Source: Peptostreptococcales bacterium
GTDB lineage: Bacteria; Bacillota; Clostridia; Peptostreptococcales; Acidaminobacteraceae
NCBI GenBank assembly: GCA_038246775.1
Contig: JBBRVO010000001.1
Coordinates: forward strand, 44,728 to 108,727
Reading direction: 5' to 3'
DNA: 64,000 nucleotides
Shown here piece after piece: positions 18,299 through 28,847 of the stretch. A model generated the notes under the pieces. It ran no database searches and was not told the DNA's origin. It saw nothing but the letters and a program-made list of their open reading frames with translations. The position numbers were made by a program, and so were the translations under genes. Within the stretch, counting starts at the first letter, position 1, and each line of letters begins with the position of its first letter.

Positions 18299-18405
18299 TA
18301 GAATAATGAGTCGGCATTTAAATGGTTCTCTTTATTTGGCATGATTAATCCTCGTAGCGTAGATGCCGACTATCTACGCTACAATTATATAAACCAGAGG
18401 TGACT

Positions 18406-19344
18406 ATGAGACCTAAAATTTTATGCAGTGCCTGTCTTGGATTTCGTGCCTGTCGGTATGATGGCAGTCAATTAAACAGTGAACTTATCAATATATTGAA
18501 GGAATACGTAGATTTTGAAACGGTCTGTCCCGAGATGGGTATAGGCCTTCCATCGCCAAGAGAGGCAATTCGAATCGTCACGCATGCTGGCGAGAAAAAA
18601 TTACTTGGCTCATACTCTGGTGATGACCATACTGAAGCGATGCAAACCTTTGTAGGCGACTTTGTTCAAACTTTTGATCAAGCGGCATATGATGGCATCA
18701 TTTTGAAATGTAAGTCCCCAACATGTGGCATCAAAGAGGTCAAGCATTATCCGGCACACGGAAAAATTCAAAGCCATCAGACGAAGACATCTGGATTTTT
18801 TGGTGGGACGCTCAAGTCAACGTTTACAAGCCTCATCGTTGAAGACGATGGCAGACTTTTAAATACAGATATCAGAGACCATTTTTTGACGTCCGTATTT
18901 TTACATTTCGAGTTTAGGAAAGTAAAAACCTCTGATAAACCTTATAATGCCCTTCTAGAGTTTCATTCGAAAAACAAATACCTGCTTATGGCATACAATC
19001 AAGCAGCACTTAAACGCATGGGGCAGATCGTTGCCAATCATGAGAAGCTTGAAATTGAAACTGTGTTTGATGCGTATGCTGAGGAACTCAGCGTCATCTA
19101 TGGGTCAACCCTCAAACCGGGTAAAAATAAAAACACGATTCAGCACCTATTCGGTTATTTTAAAAACGATCTAAATGAGGCGGAGAAACGCTTTTTTGCC
19201 AGACAAATGGACCTGTATTTAAAAGGTTTCGTTTCACTTCAAGCCATCTTGTTGATCCTAAAAGTGTGGGTTATTCGATTTGATGAACCTTACTTAAAAA
19301 ATCAGACGATTTTTGACCATTATCCGATAGAAATTCATTTGTAA
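18406..19344 (+). CDS. DUF523 (2-thiouracil desulfurase-like) plus DUF1722 protein, YbgA family
   Basis: SACLG..CRYDG, VCPEM.IGLPSPR, KSPTCG and HSKNKYLLMAY motifs. Confidence 0.88.
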   Translation: MRPKILCSACLGFRACRYDGSQLNSELINILKEYVDFETVCPEMGIGLPSPREAIRIVTHAGEKKLLGSYSGDDHTEAMQTFVGDFVQTFDQAAYDGIILKCKSPTCGIKEVKHYPAHGKIQSHQTKTSGFFGGTLKSTFTSLIVEDDGRLLNTDIRDHFLTSVFLHFEFRKVKTSDKPYNALLEFHSKNKYLLMAYNQAALKRMGQIVANHEKLEIETVFDAYAEELSVIYGSTLKPGKNKNTIQHLFGYFKNDLNEAEKRFFARQMDLYLKGFVSLQAILLILKVWVIRFDEPYLKNQTIFDHYPIEIHL

Positions 19345-19368
19345 AGTTCCAAGTATATAAACATAACA

Positions 19369-19411
19369 ATGCCCCTCAGTCGTTAGTGAGTCACTAACCA
19401 TTAAGGGGCAT
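19369..19411. terminator. Probable bidirectional terminator (nested hairpin)
   Basis: atgcccct...aggggcat enclosing gttagtga/tcactaac, between convergent genes. Confidence 0.6.
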
Positions 19412-19426
19412 AAAATTTATCTCCAT

Positions 19427-20128
19427 TTACTGGGCTTTGGGACGTTTAAACTTTGGTACAATAAAACCCACGGTCACAAAGAGGATAAAGATTAGGAATA
19501 CTTTGCTGAGCCATTGCTTAGTAAAGTCGATGAAAAATTCAAGTGGCATCAACTGGATAAGTCGGTCCGTTCTAGGATCGAGCAACCATAAGTCATTGGT
19601 GAAAAAGATCTCGTGGAACTTTCTAAAAGCCCAGTCAAAATCGATAAAATAGAGGGCAACGAGGGAACCGAGCATGATGAGTGATGTGAAAACAGCCGCT
19701 TGAAAACATCGCTGAAGACTTTTTAAAAAGTGTGTTTTATCTCTTTTGTCAATTGACCAGATGGCAAGTAACGCAAGCACCATGCTGATAGTGATTATGA
19801 GGAGAAAAGACCGAGCAGCTTTAACGAGCAACTGGATGTCGTGAAGGTGATATTGTTCTTTTTCGTTATAGAAAATGACATCGGACCCATTGACATTTTC
19901 AACAATCTTTATGTCGCCAGTGCCATTATCGATATAGGTAACAAGCGTTTCCGTTACCCTTTTTAGTGATTCTTTAGAAATGCCAATGGAGGTGTCTACT
20001 TCCAGTGCTAAGAAGGAATCGACGTAATAATCCGAATCGAAGGCCATTGCTTGAAAGGGCAACAAAAGTCCAGTTAAAGCAAATACAATGCCGATCCAAA
20101 GGATAAGTAACCACTTAATTATGCGCAC
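19427..20128 (-). CDS. Integral membrane protein, TIGR01906/DUF1461 family
   Basis: E..HL.D. motif and FDWAFRKFHEIFFTNDLWLLDPRTDRLIQLMP..FF. Confidence 0.85.
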   Translation of the reverse strand: MRIIKWLLILWIGIVFALTGLLLPFQAMAFDSDYYVDSFLALEVDTSIGISKESLKRVTETLVTYIDNGTGDIKIVENVNGSDVIFYNEKEQYHLHDIQLLVKAARSFLLIITISMVLALLAIWSIDKRDKTHFLKSLQRCFQAAVFTSLIMLGSLVALYFIDFDWAFRKFHEIFFTNDLWLLDPRTDRLIQLMPLEFFIDFTKQWLSKVFLIFILFVTVGFIVPKFKRPKAQ

Positions 20129-20207
20129 GTGTATCTCCTGTTTTAATATTTTTAAGGTTGTTTTAAATTATACAGGGTTTATTCAAACTATGCAATTCCC
20201 ATATTCC

Positions 20208-20236
20208 TTGAAAAAGGTAGGGTCAAATGGTAAAAT
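20208..20236 (+). promoter_or_regulatory. Sigma-A-type promoter of the addBA operon
   Basis: TTGAAA-17 bp-TAAAAT. Confidence 0.65.
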
Positions 20237-20260
20237 AGTGTGAGTTTCATTGGAGGGCGT

Positions 20261-23200
20261 ATGATCAGGATTGTATATGGAAAGGCCAAAAGTGGAAAAA
20301 CCCATCAAATCTATTCCGAAATTCATGAAGCGGCACGTCGATGGACGCAAAAATCTCATAAAGGTGCTTTGTATCTGATTGTGCCTGAACAATACACGCT
20401 CGAGGCAGAGAAACAGTTAATTGAACACGAAAAATCTGAGGGGTTTATAGGCATTGAAGTCGTCAGCTTCAAAAGGTTGGCGCATAAAGTGTTTGCTGAA
20501 ATTGGTCAACCAGAAGGGGTACGCATCTCTGAAATCGGAAAGATCATGATGCTCAGACGGCTGTTTGCTGCGTCGCAAGGTGCCCTTACCGTCTATCAAA
20601 GTGCTTACAATAAATTGGGGTTTTTATCGAAAGTTCACGATTTGATTAAAGAATTTAAACAAAATATGGTTACTCCAGAGGCGCTAAATCAAATGATTGA
20701 GGCTATCGAAGACCAGTCACTTCTAAAAAATAAACTTAAGGACTTCAGCATCGTGTATCAGGCCTATGAAAATGAAAAGGCAAAAGACTATTTTGACGAT
20801 GAAGATTTTTATACGACGTTGCTTGAAACGTTGTCAAACTCACAAAATTTGAAACACGCAACGATTTGGATTGATGGCTTTGACAGTTTTACGGTTCAAG
20901 AGCTTCAGATTCTCTCTAAGCTATCCACTTTAGCTGCGTCTATGAGCATCACCCTTTGTACCGATGGTGCAAGTCTGTCGAATCATTTTGACCACACGAA
21001 TACGCTTCTTAGCCGTTTAACGGAAATGGCTCATGATAATGGCATCGCACTTAAAACAGAACTTTGTGAGAGACCATTTCCCTCACCAGATATTTTGCAT
21101 ATTGCTGAAAATCTTCTGGCTTATCCGTATACAAAAAAAGCCATCGACCGTGAATCGGTTGAAATATTCGTGGCGGATAATCGATTGGATGAAGTGGAAT
21201 ACTGTGCGACAAAGATCGTTGACTTAGTGAGACATGGCGGTTACGACTGGCAAGATTTTGCCGTCGTAACCAATGACCTCGATGCCTATGCTATGAACAT
21301 CAAACGCATCTTCGGTGAATTTGAACTGCCGTATTTTCTCGATCAAAAGCGTCAAGTGGCCAATAACCCTGTGGTGCATTTCGTCAAATCTTATCTACGC
21401 ATGTATTCTGAAGGCTTTTCAACCGAACAGATGGTAAATTTTTTAAAGACGGGGCTCATAATAGAGGATGCACTCGCCATTTCTCGTTTCGAAATATATG
21501 CCAAACAGTATGGTGTCAGAGAGAAGAAACTGATGCGTGTATTTGAAATTAAAGGTAAGGACCTTGAACCTGAAAATGCCGTCAGAGAAACCTTGGCATC
21601 ACTGATTATGCCCGAGTTCAAAAAAAATAAACTGCTGGTGCGCACAGCTATTGAAAAGTTATTTGACGTACTAATGACGCTCAAAGTCAATGAGAAAATC
21701 GATGCACAGGTAAAGGCTTTCACAGCATTAGGCAAACATGATGAGGCGCAACAATTCGCTCAAATTTGGAACAAGACGATGGATTTGTTTGACCAACTCG
21801 TTGAGCTGATGGGTGATGACGTTTTATCCATCGAGGAACTGGTAGAAGTCGTCGAGTCCGGTTTTGAAACAACTGAAGTCGGCCTACTGCCACTAAGTGA
21901 CTCGCAGATTCTCGTGGGGTCCATTGACCGTTCAAGGGCTCATCCGATTAAGGTTTTATTTTTTCTTGGTCTCAATGATGGCATCGTTCCTGAACTAGGT
22001 AACGACAAACAGTTGATCCTCGATTCAGAAAAGGCGATTTTCACTGAAAAAGGGATTAAATTATTAGCGGACAGTCAGATGTTTGTGAGCAAAGAGCAAT
22101 TCAACCTGTATTTTGCCATGACCAGACCTACAGATAAACTCTATTTTAGTTATGCGCGTTCCGACTCGGAGGGACGTGCCTTAAGACCTTCCTATTTCAT
22201 CAACAAACTTTCTAGGATTTCAAGCACTATTAAAACGATAGATGCACGTGTGACGCAAGAAGCGTTGACATACCTTGTATCCACTGCAAAAGGCACAATC
22301 AAGCATATGGCCATTGAAATGCGGCGTGCCGTCGATGGTTATCCGGTTTCAACGGATTGGGAGTCTACGTTCGCCTGGTATGTTCAGAATGAACGCCAGA
22401 CCGCCAATCTGTTGATCAGGGGGCTAACGCATACGAACATCGTTGAAAAACTCAGCCATAAAGCGGTTATGGCGGCCTATGATTTGCCCATTAAAACGAG
22501 CGTTTCAAAATTGGAACGCTATGTCCAGTGTCCATTTAAATATTTTGTAGAATCGGGTCTGAAACCAATCCCGCAAAAAAACTATGAACTGGGTGCACCC
22601 GATGTTGGCATCTTGTTCCACAGTGCACTTGAACATTTTGGGAAGACGATTTTTAAAGAAAACATCGAGTGGCGGACACTCACAAAAGATAGAAGCGATG
22701 CCATGATGGAAACGATTATCAACACAATCACGGATGTTGAAATCTATCAATCGAGGTTTCAATACCAATATATGATTAACAAACTGAAACGCGTTTCTAA
22801 AAAAGCCGCATGGACACTGACTGAGCAGCTTAGCAGTGGCACCTTCGTGCCAGCTGCCTTCGAAGTTGCCTTCGGTGATGGACCGGAGAGCGTTGCCCCA
22901 ATCTTAGTGGCACTTTCCAATGGCGAACGGCTATTAATCAGAGGCGTCATCGATCGCGTGGATACAGCCCTTATTGATGGAAAACAATACGTCAAAATTA
23001 TCGATTATAAATCCGGTCGAAAATCATTGAGTTTGTCTGATATTTACAATGGCCTTCAAATGCAGTTGATGGTGTACTTAAGTGCCTGCTTGGACAACCC
23101 CCAATACTTTAGGGTGCCTGAGATTGCACCTGCGGGTGCATTCTACTTTAAAATAGATGATCCCTTCATTGAGTCAACTGAGCAAGTTGAAGCAATCATT

Positions 23201-23599
23201 CAGGATAAAATTGCGTCTGAACTAAAACTTGATGGTATCTCCCTCGACGATGTAAAAGTGCTTAAACAATTGGATTCAAAATTGTTTGAGAAGAGTGTCT
23301 CAAACGTCATTCAAGTAAAAATCAAAGCGGATGGTGCGTTTTCAAAGGATTCCAAGATTATGCCACTGGAGGCTTTCGAAGGGATGATCAAACACGTAGA
23401 AGAAACGATCAAGACCATTGGCAATGAACTGCTTGAAGGCAAAATAGACGTTGCACCATGCAAGACAGATGGTTTTGTAAGTTGTCAATTTTGCGATTAC
23501 AAGGCATTGTGTCAATTTGATAGACATTTTGAAGGCAATGCCTACCGCAGAATCAAAGCGCTTGGCAATGATGAAGTCATTGAAAAACTAAAGGGGTAA
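20261..23599 (+). CDS. addB: ATP-dependent helicase/nuclease subunit B
   Basis: N-terminal GKAKSGKT, LIVPEQYT, YVQCPF, RGVIDRVD..IIDYKSG and a C-terminal CQFCDYKALC Fe-S staple. Start at ATG 20261 after GGAGG; the ORF track starts at 20240. Confidence 0.96.
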   Translation: MIRIVYGKAKSGKTHQIYSEIHEAARRWTQKSHKGALYLIVPEQYTLEAEKQLIEHEKSEGFIGIEVVSFKRLAHKVFAEIGQPEGVRISEIGKIMMLRRLFAASQGALTVYQSAYNKLGFLSKVHDLIKEFKQNMVTPEALNQMIEAIEDQSLLKNKLKDFSIVYQAYENEKAKDYFDDEDFYTTLLETLSNSQNLKHATIWIDGFDSFTVQELQILSKLSTLAASMSITLCTDGASLSNHFDHTNTLLSRLTEMAHDNGIALKTELCERPFPSPDILHIAENLLAYPYTKKAIDRESVEIFVADNRLDEVEYCATKIVDLVRHGGYDWQDFAVVTNDLDAYAMNIKRIFGEFELPYFLDQKRQVANNPVVHFVKSYLRMYSEGFSTEQMVNFLKTGLIIEDALAISRFEIYAKQYGVREKKLMRVFEIKGKDLEPENAVRETLASLIMPEFKKNKLLVRTAIEKLFDVLMTLKVNEKIDAQVKAFTALGKHDEAQQFAQIWNKTMDLFDQLVELMGDDVLSIEELVEVVESGFETTEVGLLPLSDSQILVGSIDRSRAHPIKVLFFLGLNDGIVPELGNDKQLILDSEKAIFTEKGIKLLADSQMFVSKEQFNLYFAMTRPTDKLYFSYARSDSEGRALRPSYFINKLSRISSTIKTIDARVTQEALTYLVSTAKGTIKHMAIEMRRAVDGYPVSTDWESTFAWYVQNERQTANLLIRGLTHTNIVEKLSHKAVMAAYDLPIKTSVSKLERYVQCPFKYFVESGLKPIPQKNYELGAPDVGILFHSALEHFGKTIFKENIEWRTLTKDRSDAMMETIINTITDVEIYQSRFQYQYMINKLKRVSKKAAWTLTEQLSSGTFVPAAFEVAFGDGPESVAPILVALSNGERLLIRGVIDRVDTALIDGKQYVKIIDYKSGRKSLSLSDIYNGLQMQLMVYLSACLDNPQYFRVPEIAPAGAFYFKIDDPFIESTEQVEAIIQDKIASELKLDGISLDDVKVLKQLDSKLFEKSVSNVIQVKIKADGAFSKDSKIMPLEAFEGMIKHVEETIKTIGNELLEGKIDVAPCKTDGFVSCQFCDYKALCQFDRHFEGNAYRRIKALGNDEVIEKLKG

Positions 23600-23603
23600 T
23601 GGC

Positions 23604-26600
23604 ATGGCAAATTGGACCTTTGAACAACAGGCGGCAATAGAACTCAGAAATGCGAATCTGTTAATCTCAGCAGCGGCAGGTTCAGGAAAAACGGCGGTTT
23701 TAGTCGAACGCATTACGCGATTGGTTAGACAGAAAGAGGCAGAGATTCACAAAATGCTCATCGTGACTTACACCAATGCAGCAGCGAGTGAGATGCGCGG
23801 CCGCATTGAATCCGCATTAGCCAAAGCCATTGAGGAAGATGAAGCGAATGCCGACTATTTGAACGCGCAAATTAAACTTTTAAATCGTGCAAGCATCAAG
23901 ACATTCCATGCATTTTGTCTCGATGTGATTCGCAACCATTTTCAAAAGATCGATTGTGACCCTGGATTCAAGATGCTGGGTGAGCCGGAGAAACTCATCC
24001 TGATTCGACAAGCGGTGGAAGAGGTACTTGAAATGCATTTTGAGAAGGCCAATGATCAATTTTTGGACCTTGTCGAAGCCTATTCTGGAAACCGAAGTGA
24101 TGAAAAATTGATTGAGCTCATATTGCAAGTGTATCATTTTATACAAAGCCAACCGCATCCTCATCTTTGGTTGAAGGAAAGTCTGCGGCCTTATGAGGCG
24201 CCTGATCACCCGATGCGAACAGAATGGCTTGATATTTTAAGACGCAGCTTTATAGAAAAACTTGAAGGGGCGATAGAAATGCTTGAGCATGCCATGGTGC
24301 TTTGCATCGCACCAGGTGGACCTGAAGTCTATATCCCTACATTAGAATCGGATATTCGTGGCCTTAATAAACTTCTGGATGCCTCAGAAGATATGCAAAC
24401 GTTTTCTGAAGCGGTATTGCAGTTCAAATTTGACCGCATCGTCGCCATTAAAAAAAATGAAAAAGAGTTATATGATGTGTCGATCATCGAAGCTGTCAAA
24501 GACGTCATAAGGGATAAAATCGTTAAGAAACAAGTATTTGAGAGCATTAAGAAGTTTTTTGACTATAAATCTTTAGATCGTTTTCAGGGGGAAATCGACG
24601 GCCTTACTGGCCGCATGACGCAGTTGCATCAACTGACCATTGATTTTTCAAATCGCTTTCAAATGCTAAAAAAAAGTCGAAACCTCATGGATTTTAACGA
24701 CTTAGAGCATTATGCCATCGCAATATTAGAAGATGAGACAATTTGTGAAAGTTTAAGAAAAAGATTCGACTACGTCTTTGTTGACGAATACCAGGATTCC
24801 AGTGGTATTCAAGAACATATTATCAAGAAGATTGCTCGAGACGATAACGTATTTATGGTGGGCGACGTCAAACAGAGTATCTACAAGTTTAGATTGGCCG
24901 ATCCAGAACTGTTTATTGATAAATACAAACGTTTTACAAAACTCGATGCACTCGTTCAAGCGACTGAAATAAGCGCGAGTGACGGGGTCAATCCTAAAGA
25001 AAGTTTGCAAAATAGTGCGATTATTCAAAGGGTCAATGCACAAATTCCCTTACTGCAAGGGTCGAGGAACATCAGAATCGACCTACGCAAGAATTTTAGA
25101 ACCCGTGGTGAAATACTACATCGCATCAATCGTGTTTTTCAGGCGATTATGTCTGAAAAACTCGGCGAGATTGACTATGACGCGGATGCAATGCTCTATC
25201 AAGGCATGGCATTTGAAACACCCCATATGCCGACGTTTGAAATCAACATCCTTTCCAAAAAAGCAGTGGAGGGGGAGGTGATGGCAGGATTTGATGAGGC
25301 CGTCAATTATGATGAAGTAGATGAAAGTGCTGAAGCCGATGAAATTTTGAAAACGGAAGAGTTAGAAGCCAATGCGATAGTGGATGCCATCAAGAGCCGC
25401 ATTGGAACGCCCGTTTATGACCCAAAATCACAGAGCTTTAAACCCTGTACCTATAGGGATATCGTCGTATTGCTTCGAAGTTCAAAATCGTGGACGCCTA
25501 CTTTTGAACAAGTCTTTTTAGAGGCTGGCATCCCACTTTTCGCAGATAGCAGTACAGGTTACTTTGATACCTTAGAAATTAAAATGGTGATGGCGCTATT
25601 AAAAATCATTGACAACCCATTACAAGATCTCGACCTAATGACAGTACTTAGATCGCCTATGGTCGGTTTAAGTATCGAAGAACTGGTGATGATCAAGGCT
25701 ATAACATCCGACAAAACCTATTTTTACTTGAAGTGTCTGACTTACATGGACTCTGAAAAAGTTGAGGAACAAATAAAGCTCAAAGCGAAACTTGTCAGAT
25801 TTTTTAATCTGTATTCGACGTTGTGCGCGAAGGCGCTGTATTTACCACTGGATGAACTCGTGTGGTCTGCGATGCAACAATCTGGGTTTTATTATTATGT
25901 CAGCGCCATGCCAGGCGGTGTTTCAAGACAAGCGAATTTAAAGCTGCTCGTCGATCGCGCTTCAGCGCTTCAAAGTTCGCGCATCATCACACTTGGTCAC
26001 TTTATTGAATTTGTAGATAAAATGGGAACGAGCAACGGCGATTTCGGCGTGGCGAGTGTCATCAGTGAAGAAGATAACGTCGTGCGGCTGATGAGCATTC
26101 ACAAATCAAAAGGCCTTGAATTTCCAATCGTCATGATTGGAGGCCTTGGTCGAAGATTCAATTTCATGGATGCGCAAGGCGATTTGATACAACACAAACG
26201 CCTTGGAATGGGGCTTTCAGCGGTGGATTTATCGCTGAGAACAAAATCAAAGACACTTCCACAATTTGTCATTAGAGATCAAATTAGACGTGAGACGCTC
26301 TCGGAAGAGATGCGCGTATTGTATGTTGGACTGACAAGGCCCGTGGATCAAATCGTACTATTTGCCACCGTTTCTGATTATGAACGCAAAGCGAATCAAT
26401 GGGCTCGCGGTATTGATCCCTTAAGTCTCTTAAGTGCAAATGGCTATATCGACTGGATTATGCCTGCTCTTCTAGGTACTGACGGCGTGGTTATAAAGGT
26501 ACAGGATCCAGAATCACTTGCAATAAGTGCCCTGCACACAGAAACTATTGAAGTAACGCAGATTAAGAAATGGAAAGCCATCTACGATGACGCGCATGAT

Positions 26601-27269
26601 TTTATAGAAAAAAGTGAAATTTATGCAGCCATTGATGCGCGGTTATCATTTAATAACCGCTCAGAAGTGGGCGTCTTTAAACCGTTGAAAATTTCTGTCT
26701 CAGAAAAAAAGAATGAGACGATGTCTGATAATATAGGTTTTAAAACACCTGCACTTTATGAAACGCCTCAGTTTATGAAAAGGGAATTGCCTTTAACTGC
26801 TGCAGAGATTGGTACTGCCATGCATACCATTCTTGAGAAAATTGATATCGAGTTATCACCCGATCATAAGACGCTAACTGAGTTTATCGCAGCATTACAG
26901 GAAAAAAACTTTCTGACGGAGAGTGAAGCGCGTCATATTGATAAAGAAAAACTATTAAAATACTTGACGTCGAATCTTGCCCAGCGCGTAAAAGCGGCCC
27001 ACTTCGTTTATAGAGAAACGCCGTTCGTTCTTAAAATGGAGGACCAGTATGTTCAAGGTATCATTGATCTTTATTTAGAGGAATCCGACGGACTAGTCTT
27101 GGTGGATTATAAGACAGATAGAATTGGACGGGAGTCAATCGAGGTTATTGCTGAGCGCTATCGTGGCCAATTGGCAATCTACGAACAGGCATTAGAAAGA
27201 TTGACTGGAAAAAAGGTCAAAGAAAAAGCCATTTATTTTCTCGATAACGATACACTTTATCCGATGTGA
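23604..27269 (+). CDS. addA: ATP-dependent helicase/nuclease subunit A
   Basis: AAAGSGKT, VDEYQD, VGDVKQSIYKFR, MSIHKSKGLEF and nuclease GIIDL..LVDYKT. Confidence 0.97.
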   Translation: MANWTFEQQAAIELRNANLLISAAAGSGKTAVLVERITRLVRQKEAEIHKMLIVTYTNAAASEMRGRIESALAKAIEEDEANADYLNAQIKLLNRASIKTFHAFCLDVIRNHFQKIDCDPGFKMLGEPEKLILIRQAVEEVLEMHFEKANDQFLDLVEAYSGNRSDEKLIELILQVYHFIQSQPHPHLWLKESLRPYEAPDHPMRTEWLDILRRSFIEKLEGAIEMLEHAMVLCIAPGGPEVYIPTLESDIRGLNKLLDASEDMQTFSEAVLQFKFDRIVAIKKNEKELYDVSIIEAVKDVIRDKIVKKQVFESIKKFFDYKSLDRFQGEIDGLTGRMTQLHQLTIDFSNRFQMLKKSRNLMDFNDLEHYAIAILEDETICESLRKRFDYVFVDEYQDSSGIQEHIIKKIARDDNVFMVGDVKQSIYKFRLADPELFIDKYKRFTKLDALVQATEISASDGVNPKESLQNSAIIQRVNAQIPLLQGSRNIRIDLRKNFRTRGEILHRINRVFQAIMSEKLGEIDYDADAMLYQGMAFETPHMPTFEINILSKKAVEGEVMAGFDEAVNYDEVDESAEADEILKTEELEANAIVDAIKSRIGTPVYDPKSQSFKPCTYRDIVVLLRSSKSWTPTFEQVFLEAGIPLFADSSTGYFDTLEIKMVMALLKIIDNPLQDLDLMTVLRSPMVGLSIEELVMIKAITSDKTYFYLKCLTYMDSEKVEEQIKLKAKLVRFFNLYSTLCAKALYLPLDELVWSAMQQSGFYYYVSAMPGGVSRQANLKLLVDRASALQSSRIITLGHFIEFVDKMGTSNGDFGVASVISEEDNVVRLMSIHKSKGLEFPIVMIGGLGRRFNFMDAQGDLIQHKRLGMGLSAVDLSLRTKSKTLPQFVIRDQIRRETLSEEMRVLYVGLTRPVDQIVLFATVSDYERKANQWARGIDPLSLLSANGYIDWIMPALLGTDGVVIKVQDPESLAISALHTETIEVTQIKKWKAIYDDAHDFIEKSEIYAAIDARLSFNNRSEVGVFKPLKISVSEKKNETMSDNIGFKTPALYETPQFMKRELPLTAAEIGTAMHTILEKIDIELSPDHKTLTEFIAALQEKNFLTESEARHIDKEKLLKYLTSNLAQRVKAAHFVYRETPFVLKMEDQYVQGIIDLYLEESDGLVLVDYKTDRIGRESIEVIAERYRGQLAIYEQALERLTGKKVKEKAIYFLDNDTLYPM

Positions 27270-27280
27270 AAGAGGGACGT

Positions 27281-28069
27281 ATGAAACTAAAAAAAGAATT
27301 GGACACTGCCATCACTGCCGCAAAATTGGCAGGAGAAAAAATTATGGAAATATATACCAAAGACTTTGCCGTCTGCTATAAAGATGACAAATCTCCGGTT
27401 ACTGAAGCAGATATATTGGCGAATAAACTAATACTTGAAACGCTTTCAAGTGTATTTCCGGAAGATGGTTATCTTTCAGAAGAAGCAAGAGATGACTCAA
27501 GCCGTTTCATAAAAGAGAGATTCTGGGTGATTGATCCTCTGGACGGCACAAAGGAATTCGTAAAGAAGAACGGAGAATTTTCAGTGAATATAGGCCTAGT
27601 AGATCGTGGTGAGGTCGTACTTGGTGTCATCTACATCCCCGTACGCAAGCGCATCTATTTTGCCGTAAAGGGTGAAGGTGCCTATAGACAAGAGGAAAAT
27701 GGCGATGTTGCAAGCCTCCACGTTTCAAGTAGAGTTAAGCCTTTCAATATGCTTATAAGCCGGTCTCATACGTCTAAGCGTACCATTTCACTTCTCAAAA
27801 AAAAGGCGTTTGAGATGTTAAGCCTGACGGAGATGGGGAGCGCTCTGAAGGGGTGTTTGATTGCAGAAGGGCTATACGATGTCTACTATAATTTTGGGCA
27901 TTCCATGAAATGGGATACTTGTGCCATGGAATGTATCATCCTAGAAGCAGGCGGCATCATCAGACGGTTAGATGATGCGTCAATCGACTATGGGGAAGTG
28001 GAAACAAAAAATTATGGTTTTTATATCATCAACACCCCTGAAAATCACATCGACATTTCAGAACTTTAA
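27281..28069 (+). CDS. cysQ: 3'(2'),5'-bisphosphate nucleotidase CysQ (inositol monophosphatase family)
   Basis: KDDKSPVTEAD, LSEE, WVIDPLDGTKEF and WDTCA. Confidence 0.9.
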   Translation: MKLKKELDTAITAAKLAGEKIMEIYTKDFAVCYKDDKSPVTEADILANKLILETLSSVFPEDGYLSEEARDDSSRFIKERFWVIDPLDGTKEFVKKNGEFSVNIGLVDRGEVVLGVIYIPVRKRIYFAVKGEGAYRQEENGDVASLHVSSRVKPFNMLISRSHTSKRTISLLKKKAFEMLSLTEMGSALKGCLIAEGLYDVYYNFGHSMKWDTCAMECIILEAGGIIRRLDDASIDYGEVETKNYGFYIINTPENHIDISEL

Positions 28070-28093
28070 CGACAGATTACAATGGAGGTGAAC

Positions 28094-28783
28094 ATGGCTA
28101 GTAAATATGACGTATTATTTTTGGACCTCGATAATACCTTGTTTGATTTTGAAAAATCAGAAAAAAATGCACTGATCCGTACGGCAAAGCAATTTGGTTT
28201 TGGAGACACCACCCATTTATTTGAGAAAACGTATCATGAAGTGAACAAACCCTTGTGGCAAAAACTCGAAAAAGGTGAGTGCACGGCTGATGTTATCAAA
28301 ATTGAGCGATTTGTCCAGCTTGTCATCCAACTGGAATCGACTTGTGACCCACTAGAAATGAGCGACTATTACATTCAGAGACTTGGTGAAGGGATCGATA
28401 TGTTTCCCAATGCAAGTGAGATTTGTGAAACCTTAAGTAAAGACTATAAACTCGTGGCTGTAACGAATGGGATAAAAGCGGTTCAGGAGAATCGAATAAA
28501 ACGTTCAGGGTTATTGAATTTTTTTGATGCCGTGATTATTTCAGAAGATGTAGGCTATAGCAAACCGAATCCAATGATCTTTGAAATTGCAATGAATAAA
28601 ATAGGACATTTTGATAAAAATACGGTCCTAATGATCGGAGACTCTTTGAAAGCAGACATTCTTGGTGCCCATGCAGCTGGATTTGACACATGTTGGGTCA
28701 ACCTGCTTGGACAGGAATCCCCTGAAGAGCCCGTCTATAAATGGGAAATTACGAAATTGGAACAATTACTAAACTATTTGTAA
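28094..28783 (+). CDS. yjjG: YjjG-family HAD pyrimidine nucleotidase
   Basis: FLDLDNTLFDF, VTNG, KPNP.IF and MIGDSL.ADI.GA. Confidence 0.88.
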   Translation: MASKYDVLFLDLDNTLFDFEKSEKNALIRTAKQFGFGDTTHLFEKTYHEVNKPLWQKLEKGECTADVIKIERFVQLVIQLESTCDPLEMSDYYIQRLGEGIDMFPNASEICETLSKDYKLVAVTNGIKAVQENRIKRSGLLNFFDAVIISEDVGYSKPNPMIFEIAMNKIGHFDKNTVLMIGDSLKADILGAHAAGFDTCWVNLLGQESPEEPVYKWEITKLEQLLNYL

Positions 28784-28847
28784 TAAACGTTTGATATTTG
28801 TATGAAAAAAGGTACAATAGCAATAGATGCTCTTTTGGAGGCAAAAA

